From Clostridia bacterium (GTDB lineage Bacteria; Bacillota; Clostridia; Oscillospirales; CAG-272), in assembly GCA_017456005.1 (NCBI GenBank), contig JAFTLJ010000096.1:1597-65596 (forward strand): a DNA stretch of 64,000 nt, read 5' to 3'. Numbering within the stretch: position 1 is the stretch's first letter; each line of letters starts with the position of its first letter. The notes beneath the pieces were generated by a model. The model saw only the letters and a list, made by a program, of their open reading frames with translations, was not told the origin of the DNA and did no database searches. The position numbers were made by a program, and so were the translations under genes. Shown piece by piece: positions 43,657 to 53,005 of the stretch.

Positions 43657-44745
43657 ATGTCAGGAAGACTTTTTCAAGGTGTTATTCACCAAATGAAAGA
43701 TGCTATCGGCCGCACCATCGGCGTTATAGATGAAAACGGCGCTGTTATTGCTTGCAGCGACCTTATGAAAATAGGCGAAACAAGACAGGCTGTAAAGGAG
43801 GAAATGATATACTCCGCAGAATCTGTTGTATACTCCGGCTATACTTACCGTACCATGGCTTCGGATTCCCACCCGGAATACATAGTATTCGTTGAAGGTG
43901 AGGACGTTATGGCGGATAAATTCGCTATGATACTTGCGATTTCCTTTAACAATATCAAGAGTTTCCACGATGATAAATACGATAAAACGTCTTTTATCAA
44001 AAATATACTGCTTGATAATATTCTCCCCAGCGATATTTACGTAAAGAGCAAGGAGCTCCACTTCGCATCCGACGTTACGCGCGTAGTGTTCCTTCTCAAA
44101 TTCAATACGAACGGCGAAACATCTCCTTATGATATAATCCTCAATATGTTCCCTAATACAAACCAGGATTACGTTATAAGCATGGGCGAAAACGACGTCG
44201 TTCTCGTTCGTGAGCTCAAGCCCGCGACGGTAGACCTCCACGAAACGGAAAAGATAGCAAAAACCATTGCAGATACAATAGCTTCCGATTTCTTTACAAA
44301 GGTTTCCATCGGTATCGGTACACCCGTAACAAATATAAAAGACGTTTCCCGTTCCTACAGAGAAGCACAGGCGGCGCTCGAGGTTGGCAGAGTTTTCGAT
44401 ACGGATAAAAACATAATAAGCTACGAAAACCTCGGCATCGGCAGACTTATCTACCAGCTACCCACAACGCTTTGCGAAATGTTTTTGAACGAAGTATTCC
44501 AGAAGAGCTCGCTCGATTCGCTCGACCGCGAAACGCTGCTCACCATTCAGTGCTTCTTTGAAAACAACCTCAACGTTTCCGAAACGTCCAGAAAAATGTT
44601 TGTTCACAGAAATACGCTCGTATACCGACTTGACAAGATCAAGAAGATAACAGGTCTTGACCTTCGTGAATTCGAAAACGCTATTACATTTAAGGTTGCG
44701 CTCATGGTTAAGAGCTATCTTTCCTACAAGCCCAACAGATATTGA
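43657..44745 (+). CDS. CdaR/PucR family transcriptional regulator
   Basis: N-terminal sugar-diacid recognition-like domain; C-terminal NLNVSETSRKMFVHRNTLVYRLDKI HTH. Confidence 0.9.
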   Translation: MSGRLFQGVIHQMKDAIGRTIGVIDENGAVIACSDLMKIGETRQAVKEEMIYSAESVVYSGYTYRTMASDSHPEYIVFVEGEDVMADKFAMILAISFNNIKSFHDDKYDKTSFIKNILLDNILPSDIYVKSKELHFASDVTRVVFLLKFNTNGETSPYDIILNMFPNTNQDYVISMGENDVVLVRELKPATVDLHETEKIAKTIADTIASDFFTKVSIGIGTPVTNIKDVSRSYREAQAALEVGRVFDTDKNIISYENLGIGRLIYQLPTTLCEMFLNEVFQKSSLDSLDRETLLTIQCFFENNLNVSETSRKMFVHRNTLVYRLDKIKKITGLDLREFENAITFKVALMVKSYLSYKPNRY

Positions 44746-44846
44746 TTTAAGCCAAAATCAAGCGACCCCGCCGCAAAAGCCAAACGCGGCAGGTTCGCTT
44801 TCTGTGTATATATATTACAATTTTCTTGTGTATGTTTGAGGTATTT

Positions 44847-46118
44847 ATGAATCAAAACGAAAACAAAAACGAAAAATCCACATTTGGTGGGGAAGCCTAC
44901 GCTCCGCCCCAAAAGGCGCCGAAGCAGCCGAGAACGGTTTCTTTGCCTATGACGATAGTGCTCGTGCTTTTGGCGGTGCTTATAACGTTCCAAACGACTT
45001 ATGTGGTGTTGACTGTTAAACATACTCTTGAGCTTACAAAGACAAAAGCTACCGTCGGCAATTTCAGCGTGCTGATGGAAGCAATGGGATATTACGACGA
45101 AAATTATCTTTACGAAATAGACGAAGACACGCTTATAGACCATATGCTTTCCGCTTTCAGCGGTCAGGATAAATACTCTACGTATTATACCCGTGAAGAG
45201 TTTATGGAAATGATAGCCTCCGGCAACGGCAACGCAAAGGGTGTGGGTGTGTACGTTTCCGGTACGACCACGTCTATTGTGATAACTTACGTTATGGGCG
45301 GTTCTCCTGCGGAAGCGGCAGGGCTTCGTATAAACGACGAGATACTTGCTGTAGACGGTGCGTACGTTTCCCAGATCGGGTATACGGAAGCGGTGGCGCG
45401 CGTTGCCGGTGAGGCCGGCACGAGCGTTGTTCTAACTATACTTCGCGATGGCAAGGAAATGAACGTTTCCGTTACGCGCGGCGAATATACACCGGAAACG
45501 GTTATATACTCGGAAATGACGAAAAACGGCGAAAAAGTTGGCTATATACGCATTATTCAGTTCGATAAAATTACCGATTCACAATTTAAAACGGCGATGG
45601 AAACGCTGGGTAAAAATGGGTGTGAAAAATTTATTTTCGACCTGCGCGATAACCCGGGCGGTAACCTTGACGCCATCATAGAAATACTCGATTACCTTTT
45701 GCCGGAAGGACCCATAGTTCACATTTTGGATAAGGATATGAACGTGCTCGAAACGCACAAGTCCGATAAAAACGAGGTGGATGCAGAAATGGTGGTGCTC
45801 ACAAACGGCAACACGGCATCTGCCGCAGAGCTTTTCACCTCTGCTCTGCGCGATTATAAAAAGGCAACGCTCGTAGGTACGAAAACTTACGGTAAGGGCT
45901 GCGGTCAGACACCGTATATGCTTTCCAACGGGGGCGTGCTCTATATAACGGCTTTCTTCTACAACCCACCCTTCGGCGAAAACTATGACGGCAAGGGGAT
46001 AGAGCCGAATATAACCAAAGAACTGCCCACAGAATACAAAAACAAAAACCTATTTATGCTGCCGCAGGAAAAAGATACACAGCTTGAAGCTGCCCTGACG
46101 GCTATTACAAATAAATAA
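44847..46118 (+). CDS. S41 family C-terminal processing peptidase with PDZ domain
   Basis: DKYSTY, GVGV, GSPAEAAGL, DLRDNPGG, TASAAELF, TYGKG motifs. Confidence 0.92.
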   Translation: MNQNENKNEKSTFGGEAYAPPQKAPKQPRTVSLPMTIVLVLLAVLITFQTTYVVLTVKHTLELTKTKATVGNFSVLMEAMGYYDENYLYEIDEDTLIDHMLSAFSGQDKYSTYYTREEFMEMIASGNGNAKGVGVYVSGTTTSIVITYVMGGSPAEAAGLRINDEILAVDGAYVSQIGYTEAVARVAGEAGTSVVLTILRDGKEMNVSVTRGEYTPETVIYSEMTKNGEKVGYIRIIQFDKITDSQFKTAMETLGKNGCEKFIFDLRDNPGGNLDAIIEILDYLLPEGPIVHILDKDMNVLETHKSDKNEVDAEMVVLTNGNTASAAELFTSALRDYKKATLVGTKTYGKGCGQTPYMLSNGGVLYITAFFYNPPFGENYDGKGIEPNITKELPTEYKNKNLFMLPQEKDTQLEAALTAITNK

Positions 46119-46143
46119 AAACTACTAAGGAGATTTTAGAATT

Positions 46144-46629
46144 ATGGCAAAACAGATTACATCCGTAACAGAAGCAGGCTACCAGAAGCTTAAAGAAGAA
46201 CTTGACTATTTGAAAAACGTGAAACGCCGCGAAGCCGCTGAACGTGTTGGCGAAGCTCGCTCCTACGGCGACCTTTCCGAAAACAGCGAATACGATGACG
46301 CTAAAAACGAGCAGGCTAAGGTGGAAGCCCAGATTGCCGAGCTCGAAGAAACTATTGCACACGTTAAAATCGTTAACCACGAAGATATAAATACAAACGT
46401 TGCAAACATCGGTCTTACAGTAAAGGTTCTTTATGTTGAAGACGATGATGAAGTTGAATACAGCCTCGTAGGTTCCCGTGAGGTTGATGTACTCAACAAC
46501 AAAATTTCCGATCAGTCACCCATCGGCAAAGCTATTATGGGCACAAAAGCAGGCGACAGCGTAACGGTAGATATCCCCTCCGGCAGAATCCAGCTTAAAA
46601 TCCTCGAAGTTAAAAAGACAGAAAACTAA
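46144..46629 (+). CDS. greA: Transcription elongation factor GreA
   Basis: ARSYGDLSENSEYDDAK, ISDQSPIGKAIMG. Confidence 0.97.
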   Translation: MAKQITSVTEAGYQKLKEELDYLKNVKRREAAERVGEARSYGDLSENSEYDDAKNEQAKVEAQIAELEETIAHVKIVNHEDINTNVANIGLTVKVLYVEDDDEVEYSLVGSREVDVLNNKISDQSPIGKAIMGTKAGDSVTVDIPSGRIQLKILEVKKTEN

Positions 46630-46661
46630 TATATAACCATCTATTATTCAGGAGAACTTAA

Positions 46662-48173
46662 ATGAAAGACGCAGTAAACAACGTAAACGTAACAGAAGAA
46701 ATGACCGAAGAAAAAATGAGCGAAATTCTCAAGGTTCGCCGCGATAAGCTTGCCGCGCTCAAAGAAGCGGGCAAAGACCCTTTTAAAATCGTTAAATATG
46801 ACGTAACGGCAAATTCTGCAGAAATTTTCGCAAATTTCGAGGCTATGGAAGGCAAAGAAGTTTCCGTTGCGGGCAGAATGATGAGCCGCCGCGTTATGGG
46901 TAAAGCATCCTTTGCACACATTGCAGACGCTACGGGCAAAATTCAGGCATACGTAAAACGCGACGATGTTGGCACAGACGATTATGCAGACTTTAAAAAA
47001 TGGGATATCGGCGATATCATCGGTATCACGGGTACTGTTTTTAAAACACAGACAGGCGAAACTTCCATTCACGCGCACAGCGTAAAACTCCTTGCTAAAT
47101 CCTTGCTCCCTCTCCCCGAAAAATTCCACGGTCTTAAAGATACAGACCTCCGCTACCGTCAGCGCTACGTTGACCTTATCGTTAACCCCGAGGTTCGCGA
47201 TACGTTTGTAAAACGCTCACAGATACTCAAGGAAGTTCGCGCATACCTCGACAGCAAGGGATTTCTTGAGGTTGACACACCTATCCTCCTTCCTATTGAG
47301 ATCGGCGCTTCCGCTCGCTCTTTCAAAACTCACCACAATACGCTCGATATGGATATGTACCTCCGTATAGAAACGGAGCTTTACCTCAAACGTCTTATCG
47401 TAGGCGGTATGGACAGGGTTTACGAGGTTGGCCGTATCTTCCGTAACGAGGGTATGGATACAAAGCACAACCCTGAGTTTACAACGGTTGAGCTTTACCA
47501 GGCATTCACGGATTACCACGGCATGATGGACCTTGTTGAAGAGCTCTACAAGCAGCTGGCAGAAAAGGTTTGCGGTTCGCTCGTTATCACATACCAGGGC
47601 AAGGAAATAAACCTCGGCAACTGGGAAAGACTTACAATGGTAGAAGCAGTTAAGAAATATTCCGGCTGCGACTACAACGATTGGGCAACAGACGAAGATG
47701 CACGCGCTTGCGCAAAAGAGCACCACGTTGAAGTTCCCGAAAACGCTACAAAGGGTACGGTTCTCGCAGAGTTCTTCGATGCATTTGTTGAAGAAAAGCT
47801 TATTCAGCCTACGTTTATCTACGACTACCCTGTGGAAAACAGCCCCCTTGCAAAGCGCAAACCCGGCAATCCTGCTTTCACGGAAAGATTTGAATACTTC
47901 ATCAACGCTACAGAATTCGGCAACGCATTCAGCGAGCTCAATGACCCCATCGACCAGAAAGAACGCTTCGAAAAACAGGTTGCCGCTAAGCTTGCGGAAG
48001 ACCCGAGCAGCAAGGCAGAAGTTGACTACGACTTTATCACGGCTCTCGAATATGGTATGCCCCCCACAGGCGGCCTTGGCTTTGGTATAGACAGACTTGT
48101 AATGCTTCTTACAGACTCTGCTTCCATTCGCGACGTTCTTTTGTTCCCCACTATGAAGCCTATCAATGACTAA
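46662..48173 (+). CDS. lysS: Lysine--tRNA ligase (class II)
   Basis: LPEKFHGL..RYRQRYVDL, FRNEG..HNPEFT, YGMPPTGGLGFGIDR. Confidence 0.97.
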   Translation: MKDAVNNVNVTEEMTEEKMSEILKVRRDKLAALKEAGKDPFKIVKYDVTANSAEIFANFEAMEGKEVSVAGRMMSRRVMGKASFAHIADATGKIQAYVKRDDVGTDDYADFKKWDIGDIIGITGTVFKTQTGETSIHAHSVKLLAKSLLPLPEKFHGLKDTDLRYRQRYVDLIVNPEVRDTFVKRSQILKEVRAYLDSKGFLEVDTPILLPIEIGASARSFKTHHNTLDMDMYLRIETELYLKRLIVGGMDRVYEVGRIFRNEGMDTKHNPEFTTVELYQAFTDYHGMMDLVEELYKQLAEKVCGSLVITYQGKEINLGNWERLTMVEAVKKYSGCDYNDWATDEDARACAKEHHVEVPENATKGTVLAEFFDAFVEEKLIQPTFIYDYPVENSPLAKRKPGNPAFTERFEYFINATEFGNAFSELNDPIDQKERFEKQVAAKLAEDPSSKAEVDYDFITALEYGMPPTGGLGFGIDRLVMLLTDSASIRDVLLFPTMKPIND

Positions 48174-48381
48174 TTGGCAAAAAAATACACAATAAAGTGT
48201 TATTTTTATACTATATCGTACCATATTTTGAATTTTTTAAGTAGCTTTTTAGCGTTTACTAAAAATTTACTAAAATATAATCAAAGCAGAAACAGCCCGA
48301 TTCACTTAGAATCGGGCTGTTTTTGCTAAATGTGATATATAGTAGTGCGACAAGGAAAATTTTTTATTTTATAGCTCGGGA

Positions 48382-49134
48382 TTACCCCAAAAGCACGTCT
48401 GAAACGAGCATCACGCAGAAGCCCACGAGCAGGGAGTATGTTGCGCCGCGCTCGCTGCCGTGCGCGTGAGTTTCGGGTATCATTTCATCGCTGACAACGT
48501 AGAGCATGGTGCCACCTGCAAAAGCGAGAGCGAAGGGAAGGATAGCGGAAGCAAGGCTTACAGCAAAATAGCCGATAAGCGTGCCAACTACTTCCACAAG
48601 CCCTGTTATCATAGCGCAAACAAAGGTTTTGCGCGGTGTTACGCCTGCGGCAAGCATTGGGCCTATAATTACCATCCCCTCGGGGATGTTTTGCAGCGCG
48701 ATACCGCCTGCGATGAGAAAGGCTTGCGATGTGTTTCCGGAGCCAAAGCCAACGCCTGCGGCAATACCCTCCGGCAGGTTATGTATAGCTATTGCCATGA
48801 CGAAAAGCAAAACCTTGGAAAGGTTGGCATTTTTGTGGTCTTCTATGTCTGCGCCGATAAGCTTGTGCAGGTGAGGAACGAGCTTGTCGATTACGTTAAG
48901 GCAAAGTGCGCCGGCAAAAATACCGGCTACTGTTATAAGCAAGCCGAATTTGCCGCCGTATTCGATAGATGGGATTATAAGACCCAGCACCGCCGCCGCG
49001 AGCATTACGCCTGCCGCAAAGGCAAGCACTATATCTGAAAATTTATGTGATGCTTTTTTGAAAATAAACCCTATAAGCGAGCCTATCACGGTTGCACCGC
49101 CAACACCAAGGGCAGTTAATAAAACGGGTGCCAT
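48382..49134 (-). CDS. ZIP family metal transporter (ZupT/GufA-like)
   Basis: FAAGVML, IHNLPEG, QNIPEG, AGGTMLYVVSDEMIPE. Confidence 0.92.
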   Translation of the reverse strand: MAPVLLTALGVGGATVIGSLIGFIFKKASHKFSDIVLAFAAGVMLAAAVLGLIIPSIEYGGKFGLLITVAGIFAGALCLNVIDKLVPHLHKLIGADIEDHKNANLSKVLLFVMAIAIHNLPEGIAAGVGFGSGNTSQAFLIAGGIALQNIPEGMVIIGPMLAAGVTPRKTFVCAMITGLVEVVGTLIGYFAVSLASAILPFALAFAGGTMLYVVSDEMIPETHAHGSERGATYSLLVGFCVMLVSDVLLG

Positions 49135-49286
49135 ATAAAAATCCTCCCTGAAAGTAGGTTTTTTTCTATGATAACATAATAAATGCCAAAAGTCAAGAAT
49201 ATGCAGAAGTATTTTCTTTTCGGATTATTATTGAAAAACGGCAAATATTATGGTATCATAAAGAAAAATGATTTGGGAAGTGCTTT

Positions 49287-51524
49287 ATGAACGGATATTG
49301 GATTGCTACTGTACAAAAACCTACAGAAACCGCTTTTTATAATTTTACAAAGACGTTTGTTCTTTCGCAAAAAGCCATTTCTTTCGAAATAAACGTAAGC
49401 GCAGATACGCGCTATAAGCTTTACGTAAATGAAAATTTTGTTTGTGAAGGCCCTTGCCAGGGCGGTAAAGATACACAGTATTTTGAAAGCGCAGATGCTG
49501 TGGAATTTTTGCACGTGGGCGAAAACACCTTGCGCATATACGTGCAACACGTTGTGGGTGATATGTTTCTTTCGGAATACCGCAGGGAACAGCCCGCGGT
49601 TTGGTTTAGCTCCACTCTAAAGCTGGAAACCGGCGAAAAAACGGAAATAGTAAGCGACAAAACATGGGCTTGCAGCGAGGATTTGGGCGCGAAAACGCAC
49701 GTTTGCAAGGATATGCACATAACAATGCCGCCAAATGAAACGGTGTTTTTTGATAAAGCAGAAAAAACACATGAAATAGAGGAGCTTTATAAGCCGTGCC
49801 TCGAAACTAAATGTGTTACACGCTGGGGTGATGCACAGAAATACATGCTTGCGCCGCGCCCCATTCCTCTTTTTCATGCAGAGGAAGCTCGGGAGCTGAA
49901 GCCCGAGCGAACAGGCGAGAATTTCTTTGAATTTGATGCAGAAGAATACACCACGGCATATGTGCGTGTGCGCTTCAAAGCCCCAAAAGGCTATGCCGTG
50001 CGCATAATATACTCCGAATGCCGCGCCTTCGAAGAGCATTACCATGATGAAGACGGCGACCTGCGTGTGCGCACGATAAAAAAGAACCGCGACGATGCAG
50101 AGGGGAAAATTTTCGGCGCTTACGACCTTCTGTACGGTGCGGGGGAAACGAGAGAGCACACGTTTTTCTGGTTCCGCGCATTCCGCTATATCCGCATTGA
50201 ATGTGATGTGCCGTTCGAAGTTCAGCTTTTCACAGCGAGATACGTTTACCCTTTTACAAAATTTGCGTGCAGAGAGGGCGTGGGAAGCTTTGTCTCTAAC
50301 CAAAAAATGCTTGACGATATGTGGAAAATAAGCATAAACACCGTGGAATGCTGCACGCACGAAACCTTTGTAGATTGCCCGTATTACGAGCAGGGGCAGT
50401 ATTCTATGGACGGGCTTTTGGAATCGCTGTTTGCGCTTCGCCTTTCCAACGATACATCTATGCCGAAGAAATTTATAGAGGACCTTGCACGAGGGCAAAA
50501 TGCAGAAGGGCTTGTGCCTGCAAAAGCGCCTTGTACCTTCGATCAGCTTATACCGACGTTTGCACTTTTTTGGGTTATGACGGTGCGCGAATACCTGAGA
50601 TATACGGCAGACGCGGAGTTTGCAAAGAAATACACGGGCACGATCGACAAAGTGCTCGAATGCTTCAATTCTTTCATAGACGAGCGTGGCTTGGTCGGTG
50701 AAACACACTATTGGAACTTTATAGATTGGGTGCCCGAATGGAGCAGAAACGGCTCTATAGATGAGGGCAGGACAACGCTTACCGTCTACAGCATGATCTA
50801 TGCCGCGGCGCTTGTCGATGCGGCTGATATAGCTGAGAAATGCGGCAGACACGGGCTTGCGGCAGAGTACAGAGAGCGCAAGGCGGCGCTCGTTTGCGCG
50901 ATAAACGAGCATTGCTACGACGAAGAAAAGGGAATGTACACAGACGTTCCCGGCAGAAGGCTTTTCAGCCGCCACACTACGATTTGGGCGGTGCTTTCGG
51001 GTTGCGCTTACGGAATGGCGGCAAAGGTGCTTATAGAGCGCACATTCGCCTATAACGACGTGAGCCTTACCACGTTTTCTATGAACTATTTCACGTTCCG
51101 TGCGCTCGAAAAGACGGGACTTTACGAAAAATATGCACCTTCTGTTTTCGGCGGATGGAAAAAAATGCTCGATCTTAACTGCACCACTTGGTGCGAAAAC
51201 CCCGACAGCCCGAGAAGCGAATGCCACGGCTGGAGCAGCACGCCGATGTACGAAATTTCCGCGATGGTGCTCGGTGTTTACCCCACGGAGGATGGCTTTG
51301 CCAAAGCACGCATAGCCCCTGTGAGCGTACCGGAGGGCTTCCGCGCAAGCGGCAGAGTGCCGATTCCCGAAGGGTACATAGATGTCGCCGTTTCGCGTGT
51401 TGGCGAAAAAATGAGCCTTTCCGTGAATGCTTCGCGCGAAATAGAGCTTGAAATAAAGCTGCCGGGATACGAAGCCGAGAAGGCTTATACGAAAAAATAC
51501 TTTGCGGAGTGTAAAATTTTATGA
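49287..51524 (+). CDS. Alpha-L-rhamnosidase-like glycoside hydrolase (GH78)
   Basis: SADTRYKLYVN, FVDCPYYEQ.QY.MD, FIDW, TTWCE..RSECHGWS. Confidence 0.85.
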   Translation: MNGYWIATVQKPTETAFYNFTKTFVLSQKAISFEINVSADTRYKLYVNENFVCEGPCQGGKDTQYFESADAVEFLHVGENTLRIYVQHVVGDMFLSEYRREQPAVWFSSTLKLETGEKTEIVSDKTWACSEDLGAKTHVCKDMHITMPPNETVFFDKAEKTHEIEELYKPCLETKCVTRWGDAQKYMLAPRPIPLFHAEEARELKPERTGENFFEFDAEEYTTAYVRVRFKAPKGYAVRIIYSECRAFEEHYHDEDGDLRVRTIKKNRDDAEGKIFGAYDLLYGAGETREHTFFWFRAFRYIRIECDVPFEVQLFTARYVYPFTKFACREGVGSFVSNQKMLDDMWKISINTVECCTHETFVDCPYYEQGQYSMDGLLESLFALRLSNDTSMPKKFIEDLARGQNAEGLVPAKAPCTFDQLIPTFALFWVMTVREYLRYTADAEFAKKYTGTIDKVLECFNSFIDERGLVGETHYWNFIDWVPEWSRNGSIDEGRTTLTVYSMIYAAALVDAADIAEKCGRHGLAAEYRERKAALVCAINEHCYDEEKGMYTDVPGRRLFSRHTTIWAVLSGCAYGMAAKVLIERTFAYNDVSLTTFSMNYFTFRALEKTGLYEKYAPSVFGGWKKMLDLNCTTWCENPDSPRSECHGWSSTPMYEISAMVLGVYPTEDGFAKARIAPVSVPEGFRASGRVPIPEGYIDVAVSRVGEKMSLSVNASREIELEIKLPGYEAEKAYTKKYFAECKIL

Positions 51525-51709
51525 ATATTATAAAATTCAACGTGGGCGACACGCTGGAAATGAAAAAGCCGCACCCCTGCGGCGGGCAGAAATTTTTGGT
51601 GCTTCGCACCGGTTCCGATATACGTGTGAAGTGCTTGACGTGCGAAAGAGATATGACTTTGCCGCGTGTGAAGCTTGAAAAGAACATAAAGCGCGTTTTT
51701 AATGAATAA
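51521..51709 (+). CDS. DUF951 family protein
   Basis: GDTLEMKKPHPCG..LRTGSDIRVKCLTC. Confidence 0.9.
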   Translation: MNIIKFNVGDTLEMKKPHPCGGQKFLVLRTGSDIRVKCLTCERDMTLPRVKLEKNIKRVFNE

Positions 51710-51910
51710 ATGCGACGATTTTTAACCGTGTAATTTGTGAAAATTGTATAAATTTACTAATTTTCCTTAAATTGTTCGTGAATACTCTTGAAAAATTCAC
51801 AAAAAAAGTGTATTATATTAGTAAGAAGAAGGCAGACCGAAAAAAACGGACGGCTTGCGACGGAAGAGCCGTGTTGCCTCTGATTTGTCCGTCGAGAAAG
51901 TTGGCTAAGT

Positions 51911-52318
51911 ATGCTTAAAATGATCGTTGGTGTAAAAGGCACCGGTAAAACAAAAACACTTATTTCCATGGTAAACGCTGCAACCGAGCTTTCCGCAGGT
52001 TCTGTTGTTTGCCTTGAAAAGGGCACAAACCTTCGCTTTAACGTTAAATATCAGGCAAGACTTATTAACGTTGACGAATACGCTCTCGCTGATGCACAAT
52101 CTCTCTACGGTTTTATCGCAGGTGTATATGCATCCAACCAGGATATAACACATATTTTTGTTGACGGAACATACAGAATCTGCAACAAAAATATTGCTGA
52201 ATTTGAAAAATTTGTTCTTGAATCTGCTAAATTGGCAGAAGAAGCTGACATTAACATTGTTATGACGGTTTCCATGCCTCTTGAAGAAATTCCCGAGAGC
52301 ATTAAAAAATATATGTAA
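51911..52318 (+). CDS. Small conserved P-loop-like protein
   Basis: G.KGTGKTK N-terminal motif, LYGFIAG..ASN.DI..IFVD; codon usage like highly expressed genes. Confidence 0.8.
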   Translation: MLKMIVGVKGTGKTKTLISMVNAATELSAGSVVCLEKGTNLRFNVKYQARLINVDEYALADAQSLYGFIAGVYASNQDITHIFVDGTYRICNKNIAEFEKFVLESAKLAEEADINIVMTVSMPLEEIPESIKKYM

Positions 52319-52476
52319 TTTTTAAAAAAGTTATATCCGAAATTTAAGCGGCGGTGCAGTTTGCTCTGCCGCTTTTTCCTGTGTAGGGAAGAGAGCAACA
52401 AAAAAACAGGCTTGACGCCTGCACATCCTAATATAATAGAAATAACCCTTGATTACTCTTTCACCGTAACCAAGGG

Positions 52477-52509
52477 TTATTTCTGTTCACTCTTGAAGTC
52501 TAATTTCAT
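52477..52509 (-). CDS. Putative 10-aa peptide MKLDFKSEQK
   Basis: Strong SD AAAGAGAGGA then AAAT ATG; stop lies in the arm of the 52439-52483 hairpin. Confidence 0.35.
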   Translation of the reverse strand: MKLDFKSEQK

Positions 52510-52704
52510 ATTTTCCTCTCTTTCTATGTATTGCCTGCTGTAAAATCTTTTTGGGAAACTTTTTTCACATTGCTTAAGTTGCTGTTTTTTTGATTAAAAT
52601 TTTTTGCTTTAAGATATTACCTTTTAGCAACCCCACAACTAAAACGCTTTATCTTTTGGCTTTAGATTTTAATCTTTTGTGTGAGTTTACTTTGAGTTGA
52701 AGCA

Positions 52705-53005
52705 TCAGGTTTTCATTGGAGTATACCTCTTCTTAAAAATTTATTTTTAGAAAAGAACTTAGGTTTTCATTGGAGTGTACCTCTTTTTAGAATTTGGTTT
52801 GGAAAAAATTCAGATTCTCATTGGAGTATACCTCATATAGAATTTCCGTTTTTTGTGTGAGTTTTTTGATAAAGATAGAAGTTAAATGTTGGAATGCACC
52901 TCTTTCATTTAAGGCTTATTCTTTTGATAAAAACTAAACCGGAATTTTGGAATGCACCTCTTCCATAGAATATAAAATTGATTTTCATTTGATTGGTACG
53001 TACCT
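52705..53005. repeat. Degenerate tandem array of six TTGGWRYRYACCT motifs (period 46-68 bp)
   Basis: Copies at 52716, 52770, 52821, 52889, 52947, 52993; secondary repeat TTTTGTGTGAGTTT at 52675 and 52851. Confidence 0.85.

Noticed and set aside
52705-53005. Possible CRISPR array
   Set aside because: Conserved core is only 13 nt, period varies 46-68 bp, spacers resemble each other, and no cas genes are in the window
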